Assembly (NCBI GenBank): GCA_965204375.1
Contig: OZ241986.1
Location: 2,720,001-2,784,000 of the forward strand
Direction of reading: 5' to 3'
Length of the DNA: 64,000 bases
Source: Candidatus Latescibacterota bacterium
Lineage (GTDB): Bacteria > Latescibacterota > UBA2968
Below the pieces are notes generated by a model, which saw only the letters and a list, made by a program, of their open reading frames with translations, searched no databases and was not told the origin of the DNA. Each line of letters begins with the position of its first letter. Position 1 is the stretch's first letter. The position numbers were made by a program, and so were the translations under genes. Of the stretch, positions 29,409 to 39,214 are shown piece by piece.

Positions 29409-30360
29409 TTGGAACTCCTTACAAATGACCTGTCAATCCATGGGCAGTTTCACGATATTCCCACATTTCGAATAGCACTTAAGCAACTCATGGCGATCCG
29501 AAAATGTAGCCAAACGGTACGGGCGCGAAGTGTACTGTCACAGAAACATGGCCAGTGTTCAGGTCATGCCTAACGTATATATGCAGCAAGCGATACAAGG
29601 ACTGCCTATAGATGACCGACGGGCCGTGATGCAGTGGTTGACTCGCCGTGGGCCATTCTGGGAAGATGAGCGTCTTCACGGTGAAGATGATTGGCTTGAA
29701 TGTCGCGGAGACGTTGTTACAGATACCGCTGTAGGAGAAGCAGCATACCGTTGCTTCAATAGGACTGAAACCAGTCTTGTGAGTCTGATTCCGTCTTCAT
29801 GGGACTTTTCTCCCGCGGTGGTCAATTGGTGGAAGAACGATAAGGAAGTTGAGTCGGTTGAAATCGTCAACTATCGAGAGGCCGATGATCTAGAAACGGT
29901 ATTAAAGACTATACCCGATCAAATTGCGTCGTGGAGGGAGTTGGCGGATGCGTCAAGAGAACGTTATACGGAATTGATATTTTCCTTAGATTGCTTTAAG
30001 CCGCTCGAAGGACATCCCTTTGCTCTCTACGCTGCCCAAAGCGTACTCAGCCGTCTTGAGATACTGAACCGACTCAAGGCTTGCTTTAATGCGAAAGGAG
30101 AACGCACTGCCGAGGGACATAAAATCTATCAGACGCATTTCGTTGGTCAACGCGCATGGTTTTCCGATTCATCAGATACTGAGAAGCGCGATTTTAAAAA
30201 CGATCTGACCTTTCTCCTGAACGACGGGACCTCGTTATTGTGTCCCTGGCATGGAAAGGTGAATTATCACATTCCACTCCGTATTCATTTTTCGTGGCCT
30301 GTAACGGCGGTTGACCCATTGTATATAGTGTATGTTGGCCCTAAACTCACACTACCATAG
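29409..30360 (+). pseudogene. Putative defence effector (NsnC-like, RelE-like C-terminus), frameshifted at 29501-29504
   Basis: TTG at 29409 gives MELLTNDLSIHGQFHDIPTFRIALKQLMAIR. Removing one A from CGAAAATG continues as NVAKRYGREVYCHRN into the 29530 ORF. C-terminus WHGK..LRIHF..YIVYVGPKL. Confidence 0.65.
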
Positions 30361-30390
30361 TGGTAACCAAACTCCTTTGGAGAAAACACC

Positions 30391-31989
30391 GTGAAAAACC
30401 CCAATATCATCGTCATTCTCGTAGATGACATGGGCTATTCGGATCTCGGTTCTTATGGTGGCGAGATCCGAACGCCCAATCTGGATCGCCTATCGGCAAA
30501 TGGCTTGCGATTCACGCAAAGTTATAACTCTGCCCGCTGCTGTCCCTCGCGGGCTTCGCTACTCACAGGACTGTATTCCCACCAGGCTGGCATCGCCAAT
30601 TTTACGGGACCTGACCGAACCGCCGAATGGGGACCGGCCTATCTGGGTCGGCTAAACAACAACTGCGTGACACTGGCAGAAGTCCTCAAAACCGCGGGCT
30701 ACAGCACCTATGGCGTCGGCAAATGGCACGTTGGAGATCAAAGTAACCCAACAGACCGGGGATTTGACGAATATTACGGATTCATCAAAGGCCACAGCGC
30801 ACCCCAATGGGACCCGTCTTATTATCATCGCTATCCAGAATCTCGAACACCCGAACTCTCTTTTGATGACGATGCATACTACGCAACAGAAGCATTCAAC
30901 GATTACGCCGTAGAATTTATCGATCAGGCGCAACAAAAAGACAATCCCTATTTCCTCTACCTCGCCCATTCGGCTCCGCATTTTCCCTTACATGCCCCGG
31001 CAGAAACCCGCGATTCATATCTCGATATTTACCGCCGAGGTTGGGATGTCTTGCGCCGTGAACGCTACGCGCGCCAGAAAGAATCCGGTCTGGCAACAGA
31101 AAACTGGCAATTCACACCGCGCTCAATTGTTCCCATCGAAGAAAATGATGCCATCGCAAACGGGTACAGCGGCAAACAGAATCCCGCGTGGGAGGATCTC
31201 TCCCAGGACCGGCAGGAAGATCTCACCTACCGCATGGCGGTCTTTGCGGCCATGATCGAGCATATCGATCGCGGCATAGGCAGAATCATTGACCGCCTAA
31301 AAGAAACAGGAGAACTGGACAACACACTCATTCTATTTACAAGCGACAATGGCGCGTGTTACGAATGGGGACCTTTTGGATTTGACGAACGCAGCAGATT
31401 GGGCGTCACCCATCTCCACACGGGTGAAGAACTGAAAAAAATCGGTGGACCGGACACATATCACTCTGTGGGCAGCGCGTGGTCGTGCCTGAGCAACACA
31501 CCGCTGCGCATGTACAAACACTACAACCACGAAGGCGGAAATTGCAGCCCATTCATCGCCCATTGGCCCGAAGGGATTGCGCAACCCGACCGCTGGGTTC
31601 GCACCCCCATGCACCTGTTTGACATCATGCCGACCATAAGCGAAATTACCGGAGCCAAATATCCCAAAACACACAATGGAGAACGCATACATCCGCAAGA
31701 AGGAACGAGCCTCACACCCCTATTCAACGCACGCAGCCTGCCCGAACGCAGCCTGTGTTTCGATCACTTTGAAGCCAGCGCCATACGCAGGGGAAAATGG
31801 AAATTGCTGAAGGGAAATACCCGATATCCCAACAAAAATTGGGAACTCTACGACATGGAAAAAGACCGCTGTGAAACCAGCGATCTATCAGCAGAACATC
31901 CAGAATTGGTAAAATCACTCGAGAGAGAATGGATTGAATGGGCCGTGCGGGTTAAGGTACATCCTTACTATCAGGAAGTGGCAAAATGA
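30391..31989 (+). CDS. Arylsulfatase (formylglycine-dependent)
   Basis: PNIIVILVDDMG, CCPSRASLLTG, GKWH and SDNG. No signal peptide. Confidence 0.93.
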   Translation: MKNPNIIVILVDDMGYSDLGSYGGEIRTPNLDRLSANGLRFTQSYNSARCCPSRASLLTGLYSHQAGIANFTGPDRTAEWGPAYLGRLNNNCVTLAEVLKTAGYSTYGVGKWHVGDQSNPTDRGFDEYYGFIKGHSAPQWDPSYYHRYPESRTPELSFDDDAYYATEAFNDYAVEFIDQAQQKDNPYFLYLAHSAPHFPLHAPAETRDSYLDIYRRGWDVLRRERYARQKESGLATENWQFTPRSIVPIEENDAIANGYSGKQNPAWEDLSQDRQEDLTYRMAVFAAMIEHIDRGIGRIIDRLKETGELDNTLILFTSDNGACYEWGPFGFDERSRLGVTHLHTGEELKKIGGPDTYHSVGSAWSCLSNTPLRMYKHYNHEGGNCSPFIAHWPEGIAQPDRWVRTPMHLFDIMPTISEITGAKYPKTHNGERIHPQEGTSLTPLFNARSLPERSLCFDHFEASAIRRGKWKLLKGNTRYPNKNWELYDMEKDRCETSDLSAEHPELVKSLEREWIEWAVRVKVHPYYQEVAK

Positions 31990-31999
31990 GCATCATCCG

Positions 32000-33046
32000 T
32001 CACCTCACTTTTTCCACAAACGGCCACATAAGATCGCTGTAGAAGCGATGGCCTGCGGCGCCGTAGTGGTGTTCTACGTGATCGGGCACACCGGCGATCT
32101 CGTAGAGACGCGCGATACCTTTGACCGCACGATCGACTTCGGGCACGGGAAATAGCGTATCCTGTTTCCCATTGACAATACAGAGATGGCGCGGGGCAAT
32201 AAGACCCACAACATCCCAGATCTCGCCAAAGCGCAAAATACCGGGAACTGCATTGCAATCGCAATGGTGAATCAAACCGCTGGTGCCCACAAGCGTACAA
32301 AAAGAGCAACTCGGCACGGCAATGGTAATGCGGGGATCAACTGCCGCGGCATAACAGGTGATAACGCCACCCCCCGAGTTACCCATAACCAGAATCGTAG
32401 ATGTATCAATCTCGGGAATATCCTGTGCCCAGTCAATAAGGCGCATCACATCCCACACGCGCTCACCCGTCGCAGTGCGCCCGGCGAGCAAAGCATGCAT
32501 GAACTGGCTGCGGCAATCGCGGGCACCGTGGCGTTTGTTAATATCGGGAATAGCCGTAGTACTCGTACCGCGGGCAGCGGGCGCAATAGCAGCAAACCCG
32601 CGCTTGACCGCCTGAACAGCAACATCGCGGTCCTCGGCCTCAATCTTTTTGCGGTGATTGTCATCGCGCGCCTTGCCAATATACGTATCCATCCCGTATC
32701 TGTCGTGCCCGTGTGGCAAAACAGCGAGCGGAAAGGGACCATCACCCTTCGGTTGAAGATACCAGAACGGCAAGCCAAAACGCGGCTCGGTAGTAATAAC
32801 ACCGGGTTGCAACGTATAATCGCCCATATCTTGCGCTGCACCGAGTTGCACCTGAATCGTGTGATCACCCAGAGACGCACCAATACTTTCGAGACCCAGC
32901 ATATGCTGAAGCACCGGGCGCGCCTCATCTTGCCATTGCAAAAAAGATTCGCGATCCGTTGCTCGACACGCGACATAGCGCAGGTTATCGGCGTAGAGAG
33001 AGTCGAGATAGGTGCGAACAGCACCGCTGTGTTCGGGATGTTCCAT
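32000..33046 (-). CDS. Alpha/beta hydrolase (dienelactone hydrolase/acetyl xylan esterase-like)
   Basis: HGH, nucleophile GNSGGG, D in GKQDTLF and H in GHRF. Confidence 0.82.
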   Translation of the reverse strand: MEHPEHSGAVRTYLDSLYADNLRYVACRATDRESFLQWQDEARPVLQHMLGLESIGASLGDHTIQVQLGAAQDMGDYTLQPGVITTEPRFGLPFWYLQPKGDGPFPLAVLPHGHDRYGMDTYIGKARDDNHRKKIEAEDRDVAVQAVKRGFAAIAPAARGTSTTAIPDINKRHGARDCRSQFMHALLAGRTATGERVWDVMRLIDWAQDIPEIDTSTILVMGNSGGGVITCYAAAVDPRITIAVPSCSFCTLVGTSGLIHHCDCNAVPGILRFGEIWDVVGLIAPRHLCIVNGKQDTLFPVPEVDRAVKGIARLYEIAGVPDHVEHHYGAAGHRFYSDLMWPFVEKVR

Positions 33047-33071
33047 ATTAAAAACCTCTCAAGGAAAAAAA

Positions 33072-33836
33072 ATGGCAGACACACTGCGTGAAGTACTGGA
33101 TTTTGCAACAGAGGCCGCCTGGCAAGCCGGACGCATCACACTACAGTATTTTCAGACCGGAGTCGAAGTAGAGGAAAAGGCGGATGAATCACCTGTAACG
33201 GCCGCAGACAGAGGAGCCGAGACAAAATTGCGGGAATTGATAGAAGCGCGTTTTCCCAACGACGGCATTGTGGGAGAAGAGCACGGAAACAAAAAAGGCA
33301 CAAGTGGGCGGCGATGGATTTTAGACCCCATTGACGGCACAAAATCATTCATACAGGGCGTCCCCCTCTACGGGGTAATGGTCAGCTTAGAAATAGAAGA
33401 TGAACCTGCTGTTGGCGTGGTTAATTTCCCGGCGTTGAATGAGATGATCTGCGCTGCTAAGGGATTGGGTTGCACCTGGAATGGCCGCCCCGCGCGGGTA
33501 TCTGATATATCGGATATACGAGACGCGACCGTGATCTTGACCGATTTTGTGAATGGGCATAGTCGGGGCGAAGCCATAAACCGGATATGCTCACGCGCCA
33601 AACTCGTGCGCGGCTGGGGCGATTGCTATGGCCACATGCTCGTCGCAACCGGACGGGCAGAAATCATGCTCGATCCCATTATGAGCGTATGGGACTGTGC
33701 CGCCCTCGCGCCCATCTTAGAAGAAGCGGGCGGCACATTCACAACGTGGAGCGGCGAAGCCACCATCTGGGGCAACGAAGCCGTGGGCACAAACGGGACG
33801 TTATTTAAAGAAGTAATGACTTTGATCAAAGGGTAA
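33072..33836 (+). CDS. hisN: Inositol-monophosphatase-family histidinol-phosphatase
   Basis: SPVTAADR, GEE, LDPIDGTKSF, GWGDCYG and WDCAA. Confidence 0.8.
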   Translation: MADTLREVLDFATEAAWQAGRITLQYFQTGVEVEEKADESPVTAADRGAETKLRELIEARFPNDGIVGEEHGNKKGTSGRRWILDPIDGTKSFIQGVPLYGVMVSLEIEDEPAVGVVNFPALNEMICAAKGLGCTWNGRPARVSDISDIRDATVILTDFVNGHSRGEAINRICSRAKLVRGWGDCYGHMLVATGRAEIMLDPIMSVWDCAALAPILEEAGGTFTTWSGEATIWGNEAVGTNGTLFKEVMTLIKG

Positions 33837-33851
33837 TAGAGAGGATTCACC

Positions 33852-34136
33852 ATGTTGATTAGAGAACTGGCATATGATACAGATGAGGATCAACTCGATT
33901 TGTTGATTGATGCTTTAGAGCCTGAAGCATCAGAGATGATCCCCGTTGGAGATGATATTTTTTTGCGGCGATCTATTGAAACGGGTAAAATAGTTGGCGC
34001 AGTTATAGAAAATTATAGTCTTTGGCGGTCAGGACGATATATGGCAAAAGATATGACACCGGATTTGCGTACCGCATATCAGCATATTGTTCGTTATCTG
34101 GACGTGGTAAAAAATAAGAACATCGCCGCAGTTTAA
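33852..34136 (+). CDS. Small hypothetical protein, DUF2283-like
   Basis: YDTDEDQLDL..GDDIFLR..TGKIVG pattern. RBS GAGGA. Confidence 0.5.
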   Translation: MLIRELAYDTDEDQLDLLIDALEPEASEMIPVGDDIFLRRSIETGKIVGAVIENYSLWRSGRYMAKDMTPDLRTAYQHIVRYLDVVKNKNIAAV

Positions 34137-35266
34137 TCTACAAATATCGAACGATTTGATATACCGCAGATGTGGTCTTCGCGCATGAATCCGGGCACAA
34201 ATTGGGCGGTTCGACCAGAAGGCGCGACACCTGTATAATAGCCCGAGAATTGTTCATTAAACGTAGTCAAACGGTTGCGCGAAGCCTCACTACTCTCCGC
34301 AGCCACAATGTACGCATTGTTAAAAATCCCATTTTCTTTCAGCCCCGCGCCGCCTGCTGCCACGATATGCCCGTCAATCGTATTGAGAATAGCGTCCGCA
34401 TCATTGCCGCCAACACCACTCACGAGCACCTCGGATATCCCCTGCCTCCGAATAGCCGTCCATGTACTGAAACCATCTACAATCTCCCCCGAACGATCAA
34501 TAGCGACATCGCCGGTAACACAGCGCGGTTGGGGTTCAACAATGCCATCCAGATTGGGAATGCGCGAAACCGCATAAATTCTACCTGCGGGGCGGTGGTC
34601 ACCAAAATAATCGGCAATCACTTCGCGCACGGTTTCAATGCGCTTCCAGGTTGCCGAAGGATTGTCGTCAATCGCGACCAGGACCTCGATATGCGCGGTT
34701 TGCGTTTTGAAATCCACATTGTCAGCCGCGAGCTTTTTTTCGTACTGCTCTACGAGCACAAATTCCATCTCTTGCTTGAGGTCATCACCGAGTGTCGTAA
34801 CCGTATTGCCCCCAGCATCGATGTGCATCACCGACGCACCGCTGGGCTGGTGATCGGTCCATGCACCGTATTCAATCTTGCCATCGCCAAAGGAAATATC
34901 CTCACCTTTGACAGCTTTAATTTCCACTTCAAAAAGTGCTATGGGATCAGGAAACCCTTCTCCATGGGTAAAACGCGCCATGCGATTGGATTTGAGTTCG
35001 CAACCTGTCACAGCATCAATCATAGGTCCATATACGGCATTAAACGCATCCCGGTAAGCCTCACAGTCGTCACGGCTATCAGATGGCGTCGTCCAAAGGA
35101 CATCGGTTTTGTACACATCGCCCCAGTTTGCGCCCCCGCGAGCAAGCCCCAGACTCAAGTTCTCAATGGTGCCAAACCACTCTGACCCGAGTTCATTGGG
35201 ATACTGCGTGCCCACATTGCCGCTGGGTTCAACGAGGCGCACGACCTGGTCGTCGTCATAGGTCAT
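34133..35266 (-). CDS. Hypothetical protein with ~3 tandem RidA/YjgF-like domains
   Basis: Repeated RidA-like patterns (DVYKTDVL..FNAVY..R..LFEVEIKA; YFGDHRPAGRIYAVSRIP..IVE; LVSG..FNEQFSGYY..PSGRT). Confidence 0.55.
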   Translation of the reverse strand: MTYDDDQVVRLVEPSGNVGTQYPNELGSEWFGTIENLSLGLARGGANWGDVYKTDVLWTTPSDSRDDCEAYRDAFNAVYGPMIDAVTGCELKSNRMARFTHGEGFPDPIALFEVEIKAVKGEDISFGDGKIEYGAWTDHQPSGASVMHIDAGGNTVTTLGDDLKQEMEFVLVEQYEKKLAADNVDFKTQTAHIEVLVAIDDNPSATWKRIETVREVIADYFGDHRPAGRIYAVSRIPNLDGIVEPQPRCVTGDVAIDRSGEIVDGFSTWTAIRRQGISEVLVSGVGGNDADAILNTIDGHIVAAGGAGLKENGIFNNAYIVAAESSEASRNRLTTFNEQFSGYYTGVAPSGRTAQFVPGFMREDHICGISNRSIFVD

Positions 35267-35356
35267 AATAACTTCGGCTGTGCTACAAAAAATGGGAATG
35301 GGCTTATGACGGATAATATTGACGCTTGCCATAGTAAAAAATCCTTTGTGATAAGG

Positions 35357-36064
35357 TTACCAGATATCGCTGAGATCCAATACAAACCCCGGTAAAACGG
35401 GATCGGCGGATAGGGTGTCGAGATTCTCGCGCACTTCAACGGGGACATGCGGGCGATAAATATAGACGGTTTTTTGCGGTGGCACAATGAGCCAGCCGAG
35501 TTGCAGACCGTTGTCGATATACTCTTCCATTTTCTTTTTTAAGACGGGAATACGGTCAGAGGGCGATTTGAGTTCAATCACAAAATCTGGACAAAGGGGC
35601 AGAAAACGCTCTTGCTCCCTATTGGCCAATTGATCGTAACGCCACCGAAAGACCCAAGAAGCATCCGGTGATAGGATGGCCTTATTGGGTAGCCGAAATC
35701 CGGTTGAGGAATCAAATGCAATGCCCGTGCTATCTCGTTTTGTCCATAATTGTAACTGCATTGTAAGCTCTGCATTTCGATTGCCCGTCGCTGCTCCTGT
35801 TGGTGGCATAATGAGTATTTCCCCTTCTGCATTGCGCTCAATACGCACATCGTGGGTGCGCTGGCAAAATACAAAGAATTGATCTTCCGTCATATCGGTA
35901 AAAGGCGTTACATCGGTTTCCATTGTCAATGCCTCGGATGGTATAAGAACGATCTCCCCATCTGCATTGCACATAATACGCATCTCGCCATTGTGCGCCC
36001 AGATTTGAAAAAATTGATCCTCTGTGAGCTCCAGAACGGGTTTTGTGTCGAGTGTGGTTGCCAT
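35357..36064 (-). CDS. Uma2 (DUF820) family endonuclease
   Basis: FDSSTGF, SPDASW, PDFVIELKSPSD, KMEEY and GWLI. Confidence 0.9.
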   Translation of the reverse strand: MATTLDTKPVLELTEDQFFQIWAHNGEMRIMCNADGEIVLIPSEALTMETDVTPFTDMTEDQFFVFCQRTHDVRIERNAEGEILIMPPTGAATGNRNAELTMQLQLWTKRDSTGIAFDSSTGFRLPNKAILSPDASWVFRWRYDQLANREQERFLPLCPDFVIELKSPSDRIPVLKKKMEEYIDNGLQLGWLIVPPQKTVYIYRPHVPVEVRENLDTLSADPVLPGFVLDLSDIW

Positions 36065-36144
36065 TGTAAATACCTCTCTTGACAATGTGATATCTTTTTC
36101 AAAAGATAGAGCCAAAAATACGCAATGTCAATGCACGCGGAAGA

Positions 36145-36897
36145 TCAGCCATCTTTGGATTGAAAAAACGCCCGCGCTTCGGCCAGAGATTCGCGGTTGC
36201 CAATATCGAGGACACCGCCTTCAATATCGTACGCATAAACGGCCTCGCATGTGTGCAACCACTCCAAAAAATGCCCGGGCGCGTCGGGATTGCCTCCATT
36301 GGCGATATATTCTTTAAAACGAGGCAGTATCGACGCAGGGTAAATATAAACGGGCGATGCCGACCACTCGGAAATGGGTCTATCGGGTTTTTCAATAAAT
36401 TGCAAAACGCGATTATCTTTGCCTAACTGGACATTGCCCCTGCGCTTGCGATCATCGTAGTCGGGATTGTGGCGCACGGCAATATGGGAGACGGGATTGG
36501 ATTTGAATATATTGACCAATGTTTGGAGAGAAAACAGCAGAATATTATCCGCGGCGAGAACGAGAACATCATCGGCAACATCGCGCGCTTCAATGGCAAA
36601 CTGGATATCGCCCACAGCCCCCAAACGATTGTCATTGGAGGTCGTGCCATCGTCGAGAATCTCCGTCTCCAACCCGGTCTGCATCGCTCTATTTTCACGC
36701 GCCCAATCGGCAAAGTGCCCGTAAAATCGGCGATTGGTCACCACATAAACACCATCGATATCTACAATAGTTTTAAGCTGATCAACGAGATGATCGAGAA
36801 TAGTCTTGCCCCCCACTTCAAGCAGAGGCTTGGGAAAGTTTTTGGTAAGAGGATACAGCCGCGTGGCGTATCCCGCCGCGAGAATAATAACTTTCAC
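36145..36897 (-). CDS. Sugar-phosphate nucleotidyltransferase
   Basis: ILAAGYATRLYPLT..PKPLL, FIEKP and DIG. GTGA overlap with the kinase stop. Confidence 0.9.
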   Translation of the reverse strand: MKVIILAAGYATRLYPLTKNFPKPLLEVGGKTILDHLVDQLKTIVDIDGVYVVTNRRFYGHFADWARENRAMQTGLETEILDDGTTSNDNRLGAVGDIQFAIEARDVADDVLVLAADNILLFSLQTLVNIFKSNPVSHIAVRHNPDYDDRKRRGNVQLGKDNRVLQFIEKPDRPISEWSASPVYIYPASILPRFKEYIANGGNPDAPGHFLEWLHTCEAVYAYDIEGGVLDIGNRESLAEARAFFQSKDG

Positions 36898-38075
36898 AGA
36901 ATCCTGGCTCCATTGTCGGGTTGACAAATAAAAACCGGGGCATTTTTTGACAAATCGGGATGTTTGGCGCAATAAGCCGATTGAATCTGTTCAATCGCTG
37001 CACTGGATTTCTGGGGATTAACAAGCGCAACACAACAACCCCGAAAACCGGCACCGCTAAACCTGGCGCCGTAAACGCCATCGGTTTCAATGAGAATATG
37101 GTAGAGATCAATGAGGGGTTTACTACCGCATTCGTAATTTTCAATAGAACTGCGCCCCGATTCGGCAATCAGCCTGCCAAAAATCTTGAGGTCGCCTGCG
37201 CGCCATGCATCAATACCCATAAGCACGCGCTCAGATTCCGTAAAAAAGTGTCTGGCGCGTTTGGCGGGGGCGCCGCTTAACAGGTGTTTATGCATTTCGT
37301 ATTCTTCAAAGGCAATATTGCCGAGCAGAGGTTCTCGATCGGAACGCCCCACGGCATTGAGCAGTATTCGCGCTGCACGGGCGCATTCATCTACCCGCGT
37401 GTTATACCCCGTCGAAACCAGCGCCTCGCGCAAGCCCGATTGGGCAATCAGAATATCAAAGTCTGGCATAGTATTGGACCGGGGAATCAATTCGTGCGTG
37501 GCAGACGCACAATCGATCACCGTGAGAAATCCCTTTTGCGACAACAGAATCGCCGATTGATCCAGAATGCCATTTTTGAGACCGAGGTAGCCATTTTCAA
37601 TCGCCTGATCGAGCCGAATATTATCAGCGAGCGACAGGGACAAATCATTGGCCTCTTCATAAGCGAGCAAATACGCCACACCAATCGCGGCCGATGAACT
37701 CAACCCCCCTTCGTTCATCCTGCCCGCCGTAAGCCCCGTAATCCCGCGCGTGAGTTTATGGCCCTCTTGCTGCAACGCGCGCACTGCGCCGCGTGGGAAA
37801 TTGCCCCAATCCCCATCTATTTTGTCGGGCACATCGGCCAGCGCAAACGAGACCTCACCCTCAAAAGTGAGACTCTGTAGATGCGTATTTCCATCGCCCG
37901 ACGGCGCGAAAGCGAGGTACACAGCCTGATCAATAGCCATAGCTGTAACCTGCCCGAGCTGGTGATCAATATGCGCGCCGAGCGGACATATCCGATAGGG
38001 TGATCGCACAACGCGCACATCGGCAGGCGCAACACCAAACCGGTGATTCATTTCTGTTTTGAATTGATCTATCAT
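36894..38075 (-). CDS. GHMP sugar kinase, galacturonokinase-like
   Basis: PYRICPLGAHIDHQ, GLSSSAA, NGILDQ and GARFSGAGFRGC. Confidence 0.82.
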   Translation of the reverse strand: MIDQFKTEMNHRFGVAPADVRVVRSPYRICPLGAHIDHQLGQVTAMAIDQAVYLAFAPSGDGNTHLQSLTFEGEVSFALADVPDKIDGDWGNFPRGAVRALQQEGHKLTRGITGLTAGRMNEGGLSSSAAIGVAYLLAYEEANDLSLSLADNIRLDQAIENGYLGLKNGILDQSAILLSQKGFLTVIDCASATHELIPRSNTMPDFDILIAQSGLREALVSTGYNTRVDECARAARILLNAVGRSDREPLLGNIAFEEYEMHKHLLSGAPAKRARHFFTESERVLMGIDAWRAGDLKIFGRLIAESGRSSIENYECGSKPLIDLYHILIETDGVYGARFSGAGFRGCCVALVNPQKSSAAIEQIQSAYCAKHPDLSKNAPVFICQPDNGARIL

Positions 38076-38136
38076 GAGTAGTCAGGGGTTAGCAGTCAGC
38101 GACCAACAACGTTACCAAAAAAGGAGAACAACCGCA

Positions 38137-39165
38137 ATGCCACAAATCAAAATAGGCAAAGGTATTGGCGATATTTCGGAGCAAACACTGCGATTTTATC
38201 GGCAAATTGGGGTCGATGTGGTAGCGATGCCAACGCGATGGCGTACAGAACCGGGAACGGGTGAACGCAAACTGGTACCGCCGACTCAGACTGGACCAAA
38301 AGGCGCGCAGGGAGGGATATGGGACGAGCGAGAATTGCAACGCATCAAAGCGAGAATCGAATCATTTGATCTCATACCTCTAATCACAGGACTGGGTATT
38401 TCAGGGCGCGTATTAATGGGCCAACCGGGCAGAGAGGACGATCTGAAAATTATAAAAGCCAATATCGAAATCGCAGGACGGCTGGGACTACGGGCATTGA
38501 ACTACAGTTTCACCGCCCTCAGAGCCTCAGAAGGATATGCAGCGCAACGAGGTGTGGGACGCGGTGGCGCAGATTTGCGGGATTTTGACAACGAGCGGAT
38601 AGCCAATCTCCCACCTCTCAATTCAATCGGGAGAATTGGGATGGATGAAATGTGGGACAATCTGACCTATTTTTTGGAAAACGCGATCCCAACAGCAGAA
38701 AAAGCGGGTGTACAATTGGCCGCACACCCCAATGATCCACCGGTTCCAGAATATCGCGGCGTTGCCCAACCCCTGGGCGACATCGCGGGCATGCAACGGT
38801 TGATCGAAGTCATAGATAGCCCATCAAATTGCATTTTTTACGACACGGGCGTAATGACGGAAAAAGGCGCAGATGCAGTCGAAATGATTCGCTATTTTGG
38901 ATCGCGGAATCGCATTGGAACCGTACATTTCCGGAATGTGAAAGTGGAAATACCTCGATTTAAGTATATCGAGACCTTTCACGACGACGGCGAATGCGAT
39001 ATGTTTGCCTGCGTTCAGGCATTTCAAGAGGTGGGATACAACGGCATGATCGACCCCGACCACACGCCGGGCATCCTGGGCGATACACCAGATACGCGCA
39101 TAGGCTGGGCGTATGCCATTGGTCAAATGGTGGCGATGCGAAACGCCGTAGAAAAAAACAAATAA
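38137..39165 (+). CDS. Mannonate dehydratase (UxuA)-like protein
   Basis: HPNDPP, VHFRNV, ETFHDDG, PDH and AYAIG. RBS AAGGAG. Confidence 0.82.
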   Translation: MPQIKIGKGIGDISEQTLRFYRQIGVDVVAMPTRWRTEPGTGERKLVPPTQTGPKGAQGGIWDERELQRIKARIESFDLIPLITGLGISGRVLMGQPGREDDLKIIKANIEIAGRLGLRALNYSFTALRASEGYAAQRGVGRGGADLRDFDNERIANLPPLNSIGRIGMDEMWDNLTYFLENAIPTAEKAGVQLAAHPNDPPVPEYRGVAQPLGDIAGMQRLIEVIDSPSNCIFYDTGVMTEKGADAVEMIRYFGSRNRIGTVHFRNVKVEIPRFKYIETFHDDGECDMFACVQAFQEVGYNGMIDPDHTPGILGDTPDTRIGWAYAIGQMVAMRNAVEKNK

Positions 39166-39198
39166 AAAAAGCCCCAACGCGAAAAAGCGTTGGGGCTA
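39164..39198. terminator. Terminator between convergent genes (T-run on minus strand)
   Basis: AAAAAAAGCCCCAACGC-GAAAAA-GCGTTGGGGCT. Confidence 0.85.
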
Positions 39199-39214
39199 CA
39201 TGTGATATTGCGTG

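Noticed and set aside
24240-30390. att sites or an integrase bounding the defence island
   Set aside because: No flanking direct repeat, tRNA or recombinase was seen by eye.
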